In this document: piece by piece, positions 56,594 through 64,000 of the stretch
Numbering within the stretch: position 1 is the first letter of the stretch
How the letters are laid out: each line of letters opens with the position of its first letter
Virus record (IMG/VR): IMGVR_UViG_3300029288_000057
Span: 192,001-256,000 of that record
Origin: a virus
Taxonomy: Duplodnaviria; Caudoviricetes
DNA length: 64,000 nucleotides
Strand: one strand, 5' to 3'
Program-made: the position numbers and the translations under genes
The notes under the pieces: model-generated
What the model saw: the letters and a program-made list of their open reading frames with translations, nothing else
What the model was told of the DNA's origin: nothing
Database searches by the model: none

Positions 56594-59500
56594 ATGAGCA
56601 CTTTTAACATTGATAACCTTGATTTGAGGGCATCAGACGGACAGGTCGATAAAAATCAAATAGTGGATATTAGAACTGTTTCTATTGACAACAATATAAA
56701 CGGTGTTTTTAAACCCTTTGTACATTGCCATTGCCACTTCTATACATCCATTTTAGATGGATGTATGAGTATTGATGATGCTATAACGTTAGCAAAGAAA
56801 TATAATCATCCTGCAATTTGTATGACTGACCATGGTAGTGTTGCTGGAACATTTGAGTTTTACAGAAAGTGTAAAAAAGCTGGAATAAAACCCATTATAG
56901 GGATTGAAGCATACGTGAATGATAAAATGGGAGATTTTGAAGAAGAAAAAAAATACGAAGGAGGAAACTCTCACCAAATTATTCTTGTAAAAAACAAGCA
57001 AGGGTTTGTTAATCTTAATAAATTAGTATATAAATCTTTTTCAGAAGGGTTTTATAAAAGAGGAAGAATTAAAACAGAATGGTTATTCGAACATAAAGAA
57101 GGTTTAATTGTTACAACTTCCTGTATGGGCAGTTATATGGGAAAGCTTTTGATGGATAAAAAGGCGCCAGAGGCAGAGGCGTATTTTAAAAGGTTAAGAG
57201 ATGAGTTTGGAGAAGATTTCTACGCAGAAATTCAATTGAACGAATTAAATGCTCAAAAATATTATAATAGTTTTATTATCGAAATGGCTGCAAAATATAA
57301 CGTAAAAGTTATAATTACTTCTGATGTTCATTATGCTTTTCCAGAAGATGCAGAATTGCAAGACACCCTTCTTGCAATTAATCGAAAGAGTCAACTTGGC
57401 CATTCGTTTAAGTTTAATGCAAGAAGTTTATATTACGCTAGTAGCAAAGATATACATGACTTCAATTATAAATTTTCTTATGATTATCCTTCTAATTTCA
57501 TTGATGTATGTTTAGAAAACACATTAGAAGTTTCAAATAAATGTAATTTTGATTTTGAAATTGGTGTGGAGAAATTCCCAAGGTATGAGCCCACAGAAGA
57601 TGTAATAAAGTTTTGTAATTCATCGGAGTCATCAGAAATAATTAAAAAAATTGCATTCTTAAAGTTAAAACAAAAATTAAACAAGTATAAAGAAAACGGT
57701 ATTGTTAAGCTTGATGATGCAAAAGTTAAGGAATATGTAGACCGTTTGAATTATGAAATAAGTGTAATCGAAGAAAGAAAAATGCTGGATTATTTTTTGG
57801 TCAACTGGGAAATAATTCAAGATTACAGAAAAAAAGGATTTGACGTAGGACCTGGAAGAGGCTCTGCATCTGGTTGTTTGCTTACTTGGTGTTTGGAAAT
57901 AACGAAAATTGACCCCATAAGATTTGGACTTTACTTTGAAAGATTTTTAAATCCAACTAGAGTAGGTCCTCCCGACCTTGACATAGACTACATGTCAGAT
58001 ACACGTCATATTACAGAAGAATTTTTGATAAACAAATATGGGAAAGAAAGAATTCTGCACGTATCTACATTCTCTACATTTAATGAAAAGGGGTGTTTGA
58101 AGGATGTTGTAAGAGCACATCACGGAGAAGAGGCAACTGGATACGATTCTGTGGTATTTCAAGTAACAAGAGAAATGCCAGAATGGTCAAAAGTGGATTA
58201 TACTTTAAAAGATTGGTTTGAACAGTGGCCAAATGAAAAAGAGTGTTCCCCCGCAGTAAGACAATGGCTCACAGACCCGACAAATAAAAAGATTTTAGAA
58301 CAAACACTTAAATTACAAGGTCAAATCAGGGGAGTTGGACAGCATGCGGCTGGCGTTGTGATTACTCCAACCGAATGTTGGAATGATATTCCCACAAACA
58401 TAATAGCTTCAAATAAAAGTATTGTTACTGCATTCTCAGAAGCAGATGGTAGCAATAAGGACTTATCTCAATTAGGCATCTTAAAGCTCGATATGCTTAG
58501 TTTGGAGACTTTAAATGTTATAAAAGATGCTATTGAATTGATTAAAAAAAGCAAAAACATTGACATAACGGACAATATTGACTATTTGGACTTGGACGAT
58601 ATAAATATTTATACAGAATTAAGGCTTGGATTAAACCAGGGAGTGTTTCAGTTTGAAAGTGCGGGAATGAATGCGCTGATTAAAGGAATTAAAGTTGAAA
58701 ATTTTAATGAATTGGTTGCTGCCAATGCACTATATCGTCCAGGGCCAATGGGAATCGGAGCACATCAAGATTACGTTAAAAACAAATTTAAACCAGGAGA
58801 TATAAAATATCTTCATCATTCTCTTCAGTCTATTTTAGAAGAATCAAATGGTGTGTTGATTTTTCAAGAACAAGTTATGTTTATCGCAAGTAAAATTGGA
58901 GGAATGAATTTGGGAGAAGGAGATATGCTTAGACGATATATGGACAAGGCGGCAAAGTTAATTGATAAAGAAGCGAGGGGAGAGGTTTTAACTCCAGAAG
59001 AGAAGGTAAGTAGCTCTTATCAAAACTTCGAAAAGTATTGGAATAAATTTTTGGATGGTGCCGTTAGGAATGGATATCAAAAAGAAGTAATGGAACAGAT
59101 TAAAAATTGGATGATTAAGTATTTGGGATATTCGTTCAACAGGTCCCACTGCGTATGCTATTCATATATAGCGTGTCAGACGCTTTATTTAAAGCATTAC
59201 TTTAGCACAGAATTTTACACCGCATTATTAAATCATATAAAATCAAATACCGATAAAGAAAAAGAAAGACAGTGGCTTGCATCTGCGATTGCATCTGCGA
59301 TGTCAAAAGGTATAACGATTGCACCACCCTCAAAACGTTCAGGGTGGAATTGGACAATGACAGGAGAAAAAGAAATTTCCATGGGATTCTCTGGAATAAA
59401 TGGTCTTGGAGATAAGGCGTATAAAGAGTTGATGGAACTTTTGGAAAAATCAGGAGAAACCTTGGAATCAATAAAATTACATAAGTTTTTTAGTTTACCA

Positions 59501-60103
59501 TTCTCAACTTTCAACAAAAAAGCTTTCGAAGTTTGTGTGAAAGCGGGCGTGTTTGATGATTGGACGGTATCAAGGGAATATTTAATAGAATTGAAAAGTA
59601 AAAAGAAAAAGAAAGAAATCCCAGGGCAATTAGCCATCTTTGATTTAAACTCTGATGAATTTACTTCTAATATAAAAAGCGATTCTATCATTCCTACAAG
59701 CCCAGCCCAAAAGACCAGAGAGTTTGTGGAGGTGTGTAATTTTGATTTAGCAAAAATTGAAGAGATGGCAGCTATTAAAATGGAATTGCATCAAAAGGCA
59801 GGGAGAGTTATCGATAGTATACTTAATTTTTCTGACAATGATTACTACTTCTTTTATTTAGACAGTGTTCAAGAGGCCGTTTCTGAAAAGGGAGGAAATT
59901 ATTTAAACTTAAAGGTTGGAGATGGAATAAGCTCCACAAGTTTGAGAGTATTTCCACCGAGGAAAAAGACAGATAAAGCAGATATATACGATTTTATTAA
60001 AGCAAACGCTCAAACCAAGGGGATTTTTGTGTCAGAATTTGTAAAAAATGGAAAAGGTTTCATAAATTTTAAACAAAATGCTAAGTTTAAACGTATAAAG
60101 TAA
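56594..60103 (+). CDS. dnaE: DNA polymerase III alpha subunit (family C)
   Basis: PHP domain (HCH, SILDG, TDHG, SDVHY), GPGRGSA, FERFLNP, PDLDID, QHAAGV, KLDML, FQFES, LYRPGP, YSFNRSH. Confidence 0.96.
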   Translation: MSTFNIDNLDLRASDGQVDKNQIVDIRTVSIDNNINGVFKPFVHCHCHFYTSILDGCMSIDDAITLAKKYNHPAICMTDHGSVAGTFEFYRKCKKAGIKPIIGIEAYVNDKMGDFEEEKKYEGGNSHQIILVKNKQGFVNLNKLVYKSFSEGFYKRGRIKTEWLFEHKEGLIVTTSCMGSYMGKLLMDKKAPEAEAYFKRLRDEFGEDFYAEIQLNELNAQKYYNSFIIEMAAKYNVKVIITSDVHYAFPEDAELQDTLLAINRKSQLGHSFKFNARSLYYASSKDIHDFNYKFSYDYPSNFIDVCLENTLEVSNKCNFDFEIGVEKFPRYEPTEDVIKFCNSSESSEIIKKIAFLKLKQKLNKYKENGIVKLDDAKVKEYVDRLNYEISVIEERKMLDYFLVNWEIIQDYRKKGFDVGPGRGSASGCLLTWCLEITKIDPIRFGLYFERFLNPTRVGPPDLDIDYMSDTRHITEEFLINKYGKERILHVSTFSTFNEKGCLKDVVRAHHGEEATGYDSVVFQVTREMPEWSKVDYTLKDWFEQWPNEKECSPAVRQWLTDPTNKKILEQTLKLQGQIRGVGQHAAGVVITPTECWNDIPTNIIASNKSIVTAFSEADGSNKDLSQLGILKLDMLSLETLNVIKDAIELIKKSKNIDITDNIDYLDLDDINIYTELRLGLNQGVFQFESAGMNALIKGIKVENFNELVAANALYRPGPMGIGAHQDYVKNKFKPGDIKYLHHSLQSILEESNGVLIFQEQVMFIASKIGGMNLGEGDMLRRYMDKAAKLIDKEARGEVLTPEEKVSSSYQNFEKYWNKFLDGAVRNGYQKEVMEQIKNWMIKYLGYSFNRSHCVCYSYIACQTLYLKHYFSTEFYTALLNHIKSNTDKEKERQWLASAIASAMSKGITIAPPSKRSGWNWTMTGEKEISMGFSGINGLGDKAYKELMELLEKSGETLESIKLHKFFSLPFSTFNKKAFEVCVKAGVFDDWTVSREYLIELKSKKKKKEIPGQLAIFDLNSDEFTSNIKSDSIIPTSPAQKTREFVEVCNFDLAKIEEMAAIKMELHQKAGRVIDSILNFSDNDYYFFYLDSVQEAVSEKGGNYLNLKVGDGISSTSLRVFPPRKKTDKADIYDFIKANAQTKGIFVSEFVKNGKGFINFKQNAKFKRIK

Positions 60104-60104
60104 T

Positions 60105-60503
60105 ATGAATGCTGAAGAAGAATATAAAAGGCTTTTTAAAGAAAAACTTGAACGATTTAATAATTTTGTAAAAGCAGAGCAATCAAAACCAAAAAAAATT
60201 GATGGTAAGGTGTTGAAGGTTTTAATGGATTACCTTCAGCGCAATGAAAACGGCAATGAAAGAAATAAAGAAAATGTACAGTATTCTTGTAAAAGGAAGA
60301 TTGGAGTTTTTGATAAATTTGCAGCTTTTTTTGAATTTTATATGAAAGAGAACACTGAAGGGTTTAGGTTGATTGGATTTACAGATATAGAGATTTATGA
60401 GCTTGCAAAATGTTATAGGCTTTTTAATCATACATATTATTCACCTACAGAATATAGTAAAGCGTTAGTGAAAATTTTTGAAGTTAAACTAGAGAAATTA
60501 TGA
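60105..60503 (+). CDS. Hypothetical protein, paralog of 60939..61367
   Basis: Shared N-terminus (LF...NFV..E..K) and C-terminus (Y....VKIF..K..KL). Confidence 0.6.
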   Translation: MNAEEEYKRLFKEKLERFNNFVKAEQSKPKKIDGKVLKVLMDYLQRNENGNERNKENVQYSCKRKIGVFDKFAAFFEFYMKENTEGFRLIGFTDIEIYELAKCYRLFNHTYYSPTEYSKALVKIFEVKLEKL

Positions 60504-60934
60504 GAGATATTGTTTATGTTGATATGGATGATTGCTTGTGTAAATTCATGAAGGCATTTATTATTGCAAGAAAGGCAGAGCCAGGAATTGTTTACCCCCA
60601 ATCACAATATAAGTTTTTCGAAAACTTAGAGCCCATTGATGGTGCGGTTGAAGCTTATAAAAAATTGAAAGAAAAATATGAAGTTTTCATTTTGAGCAGA
60701 CCATCAGTTTATAATCCACTTTCTTATACAGAAAAGAGAATTTGGGTTGAAAAGCACTTCAGTTTTAAAGAGTGCGATAATCTGATTTTATCCTGTGACA
60801 AGACTTTATTGAGGGGGAAATACCTTATTGATGACCAAGTGCAAACGGGATTGTTGGTTCCTGAGTGGGAACATATACATTTTGGGGGAGAAAAATTTCC
60901 AGATTGGGAATCTATTTTAAATTATTTGATGTAG
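60500..60934 (+). CDS. 5'(3')-deoxyribonucleotidase (HAD, NT5C type)
   Basis: YVDMDDCL, FFENLEP, EKRIWV, LIDD, FPDW. Confidence 0.9.
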   Translation: MRDIVYVDMDDCLCKFMKAFIIARKAEPGIVYPQSQYKFFENLEPIDGAVEAYKKLKEKYEVFILSRPSVYNPLSYTEKRIWVEKHFSFKECDNLILSCDKTLLRGKYLIDDQVQTGLLVPEWEHIHFGGEKFPDWESILNYLM

Positions 60935-60938
60935 GGAT

Positions 60939-61367
60939 ATGGAAGAAGATTTTGAAGCTGCGTGGGAAGTTCTTTTTCGAGCCAGATATGAAGAAGTGTC
61001 AAATTTCGTCAATTCAGAAAAAGAAAAAAGTGAAGGACTTTGTAAAAAAACCCAAGCTGCTTTTTACCGATGTCTTGAAGAGAAAAGGTGTAAAGGTTTT
61101 GATGACGATGAAATTATAAAACCTGTTGTGGACTTCAAAAACTACTCATCTGGAAGAAAAGCTAGATTCTTTGATGAATATGGTTATTTTGACGAAGGTG
61201 TTTTAAAAGAAAAAGAATCTAAACTTATATTTAAAGAAATAGTATTTTGCGTAGAAGAAATAGAGAGTTATTCAAAATCTTACAGAATAATATCCATTGA
61301 AGATGCAACATCAAATTATAAAAATTGTTTCGTCAAAATATTTGATTTTAAACCACCTAAATTATGA
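60939..61367 (+). CDS. Hypothetical protein, paralog of 60105..60503
   Basis: See 60105..60503. Confidence 0.6.
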   Translation: MEEDFEAAWEVLFRARYEEVSNFVNSEKEKSEGLCKKTQAAFYRCLEEKRCKGFDDDEIIKPVVDFKNYSSGRKARFFDEYGYFDEGVLKEKESKLIFKEIVFCVEEIESYSKSYRIISIEDATSNYKNCFVKIFDFKPPKL

Positions 61368-62065
61368 GTACAGAGAATTCGACGGGAGACCAAACGTGCC
61401 CCATTTGCGGAAATTGGATGGTTCTTCACACAAAGCCATGTGAAACTCCCCCAGATAAAACATACAGAGCAATAAGGCATGATGTTACCAGAAAAAAACA
61501 GCGTGAAAACAGTAATGAGGTTCATCATCCAGAGCAAAAAAAGGCACAAATTGATAAAATACTGGAAGGAAAGACTGATTTAAAAATAATGGAGCTTTTT
61601 GCTGGGCACGGAAACCTAACATCAACATATAATCAATATATCGGCGAGAAGGGGTTTTTGGAGCAATATGACAAAGAATTAAAGACTGGTGATAGTTATC
61701 TACTATTTCACAAATTAATCGCTGAGAGGCGAAAATATGACGTTATTGATGTCGACCCCTACGGATTTCCAGTTAAATTCCTTCCAGACGGCTTTCTTTT
61801 GATGCAGGATGGGATAATGTTTATGACAATGCCGAAGCCATGGGTTAATATAGCCAATGGAATTACAAAACAACTTTTAACTTGTTATTTTGGCAGCGGC
61901 AAACCAAGTTTGGAAGTCATTCAAGAAAAAATAAGATTATACGCATTATGTCACTGGAGAAGTGTTGAATACTTGGATGTAATTGATTTTGGTCGTCTAT
62001 GGAGAATGGTAATGAGAGTCAAACGGGTTAAGGCTACTGAATATACGGGGGTTAGAAACCGTTAA
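61364..62065 (+). CDS. SAM-dependent methyltransferase-like protein
   Basis: MELFAGHGNLT (motif I) and YDVIDVDPYG (motif IV-like). Confidence 0.65.
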   Translation: MSTENSTGDQTCPICGNWMVLHTKPCETPPDKTYRAIRHDVTRKKQRENSNEVHHPEQKKAQIDKILEGKTDLKIMELFAGHGNLTSTYNQYIGEKGFLEQYDKELKTGDSYLLFHKLIAERRKYDVIDVDPYGFPVKFLPDGFLLMQDGIMFMTMPKPWVNIANGITKQLLTCYFGSGKPSLEVIQEKIRLYALCHWRSVEYLDVIDFGRLWRMVMRVKRVKATEYTGVRNR

Positions 62066-62649
62066 ACCAATATTTTATCGAGCATATCACACTTTAGGCT
62101 GTCATAAGCATTTTGAAGCGTGCTTGATAATGATTTTTCTCCCTTTTCTTTTAGCACATTAGCCAACACACTTTCAATCAAATACTCTTTCCACTCACTT
62201 ATTGAATTTTCACCCAGGTTTTTTTCCTTATGTTTAAACTCTTTTAACAACAAATAATCTTTGTGGAGCCTATTGTTTATAAAGAGTTTTATTTTTGATG
62301 TGACGTCTTTTTCATTTCCCTTTACGTGATTTTCTTTCATTATTTTTGTAATATAATTATAAATCTCGAATTGAGAAGCACTGAAAATGCAATCTATAAC
62401 AATTCTCACTTGTGGTTCAGTAATTTCTTCTACATATTTCTGACTGGAAATCTTCAAATATTTTAATATTTCTTGATTAACCAAAGAATTATCGTTAAGT
62501 TGCTCTCCTATTCTTTTATAAAAAAGGCTTTGTTCTTCCTTTTCTCTTCTGCTCTTTTTTTCTTTCTGTCTTTCTTTAATTAAATCATAGATAAAATATA
62601 AAACAAGAAGGGCAATCATTGAAATTGCTATTATAATCTTTGTCTCCAT
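62062..62649 (-). CDS. Single-pass membrane protein (holin-like candidate)
   Basis: Likely start METK at 62649 after TATTTAT; TM helix IIIAISMIALLVLYFIY then charged coiled coil. Confidence 0.55.
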   Translation of the reverse strand: METKIIIAISMIALLVLYFIYDLIKERQKEKKSRREKEEQSLFYKRIGEQLNDNSLVNQEILKYLKISSQKYVEEITEPQVRIVIDCIFSASQFEIYNYITKIMKENHVKGNEKDVTSKIKLFINNRLHKDYLLLKEFKHKEKNLGENSISEWKEYLIESVLANVLKEKGEKSLSSTLQNAYDSLKCDMLDKILV

Positions 62650-62729
62650 TTTACAGTAGTGTTTAATATAAATAAGCTCTAAAAAACAAAACAATAAGTT
62701 TTTTTTAATATTTATATAAAAATATAGTA

Positions 62730-63179
62730 ATGGTTAGCGATAAGAAGAAGGTTTCTCGAATGTTGTGGGGTATGAAAAAGAGAGCAAAAGCACCTTTATA
62801 TGCCGCAAAAAAGGCGAAATTTATTGAAAACCAAGCTAAGAAGATGACCAGGAAAATGACCTGGCCAGAAAGAGAATTTAAGAAGCTTATGGGGGAATTG
62901 GGAATAAAAATCACGCCCCAGAAGATTGTGGGGGGTAAGATTTTTGATTTTTACATCCCATCAATAAACGTTCTTGTGGAAATTGATGGAAATTATTGGC
63001 ATGGAGACAAAGAATTGTATGAAGAATTGAATTCGGTACAAAGGAGAGCTATAAAAAACGATGAATATAAAGACGCTTTGGCTATAGGCTTTGGATATGG
63101 AATAGAAAGAGTGTGGGAAAGTGATTTAAAAAAGAATTATAATCAAGTGAAAGAAAGAATGAGAAAATTAACAAAATAA
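62730..63179 (+). CDS. DUF559/Vsr-like endonuclease domain protein
   Basis: MTWPE, IFDFYIP, VEIDGNYWH, D..KD, RVWESD. Confidence 0.8.
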   Translation: MVSDKKKVSRMLWGMKKRAKAPLYAAKKAKFIENQAKKMTRKMTWPEREFKKLMGELGIKITPQKIVGGKIFDFYIPSINVLVEIDGNYWHGDKELYEELNSVQRRAIKNDEYKDALAIGFGYGIERVWESDLKKNYNQVKERMRKLTK

Positions 63180-63181
63180 TT

Positions 63182-63868
63182 ATGAAAAATCTGTTGAGAA
63201 AGTATATTAAAGAGCAGGTTGTTAATATTATTGAGGGGCTTATAAAAACGCACTCAACTAGAGCATCAAAAAAAATATTAGACAGAAAGTTTTCCATCAG
63301 CAATTTAAAAACCAAAGAAGATACCTCTACCAATAGGTTAATTATAGACATCACCAATTTCAATTATTTTGGTGAATTGTTTGCCTTAATAAACAATTTG
63401 GGATATTTTGTTTCTGCAATTGATTTGTATACGATTGATGATGATTTTAGTTATGAAAAGTTTTCTGAGGATAAACTAGCAAAAATTATAAAGGAGAAAG
63501 GAAAGTATAAAAAAATAGAATTAATTTTAGAGGCAAAATTTGACGAACAAATTAGTGTCCCAAAAGTTTTATTCCATGTAACAAAAAAAAACAAAATTGA
63601 GAAAATTGTAAAAGATGGGATTATTCCTAAGTCTTATTCTAAACTAACTTATCATCCAGATAGAATTTACGTAACAAATTCTGTTGCTAATGCTAAAAGT
63701 TTTATAGATAGAATCAAAAAAGAAGGAGAGTCTTATATAATTTTAGGTATAAAAACAGACTTAGTTCCAAATATAAAAATTTATGATGACCCAAACTATA
63801 AATTGCTTGGATATTATGTTTTAGAAAATATCCCTCCAAGTGCATTGTTTTTTGTGTCAGAAATTTAA
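63182..63868 (+). CDS. ADP-ribosyltransferase-fold (Tpt1/KptA NAD-binding-like) protein with leader
   Basis: LFHVT...IVKDGIIPKS...HPDRIYVT...ILGI...YDDPN...YVLENIPP; N-terminal LLRKYIKEQVVNIIEG. Confidence 0.6.
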   Translation: MKNLLRKYIKEQVVNIIEGLIKTHSTRASKKILDRKFSISNLKTKEDTSTNRLIIDITNFNYFGELFALINNLGYFVSAIDLYTIDDDFSYEKFSEDKLAKIIKEKGKYKKIELILEAKFDEQISVPKVLFHVTKKNKIEKIVKDGIIPKSYSKLTYHPDRIYVTNSVANAKSFIDRIKKEGESYIILGIKTDLVPNIKIYDDPNYKLLGYYVLENIPPSALFFVSEI

Positions 63869-63876
63869 GCACGACT

Positions 63877-64000
63877 ATGAAAAAGATAAAAAAAAATGAA
63901 TTAAGCATATTAGAGCTGGGAATCAACAATGCACTAAGGTGGGACAATATCAACAATGTAAAAGTGAAATTAGACTATTTGAATGAAAACGAAATTGTAT
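63877..64000 (+). CDS. Hypothetical protein, partial, runs off right edge
   Basis: Open frame MKKIKKNELSILELGINNALRWDNINNVKVKLDYLNENEIV... Confidence 0.5.
   Translation, partial: MKKIKKNELSILELGINNALRWDNINNVKVKLDYLNENEIV

Noticed and set aside
1-64000. Stop-codon reassignment as in some huge phages
   Set aside because: Conserved genes are full length in the standard code, and TAG and TGA both terminate genes at plausible ends

Overview
AT-rich segment of a large tailed (jumbo, T4-like myovirus-type) phage genome, standard genetic code, probably infecting a Bacteroidota host (TTTG-N19/20-TAnnTTT[G/A/C] promoters, A-rich leaders without obvious Shine-Dalgarno). 1-16.9 kb (- strand, running off the left edge) is a 19-gene glycan biosynthesis and tailoring operon: NeuB, NeuA, a Maf/DUF115-type transferase, two B12-dependent radical SAM enzymes, a SPASM/twitch radical SAM, a class IV aminotransferase, methyl- and acetyltransferases, epimerases and several glycosyltransferases. 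17-29 kb holds acidic putative internal head proteins, PhoH, homing endonucleases, a GT-B glycosyltransferase, an ADP-ribosylglycohydrolase, a vWA protein and an ASCH protein. 29-56 kb is the T4-like morphogenesis core: prohead protease, scaffold, major capsid, neck and tail-completion proteins, sheath, tube, Ser/Thr-rich fibre proteins, intein-containing large terminase and portal. 56.6-64 kb holds a family C DNA polymerase (DnaE), a nucleotidase, a methyltransferase, a membrane protein, an endonuclease and an ADP-ribosyltransferase-like protein. Best leads: (1) a putative virion O-glycosylation system (nonulosonate pathway plus a recurrent [S/T]-[G/A]-x-[S/T] motif in virion proteins); (2) a ~330-nt structured non-coding element with its own promoter at 38310-38693; (3) a shared N-terminal leader that may target cargo to the capsid; (4) a TATTTAT late-promoter motif that is the reverse complement of the T4 late promoter. 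All calls are from motif recognition; no database searches were run.
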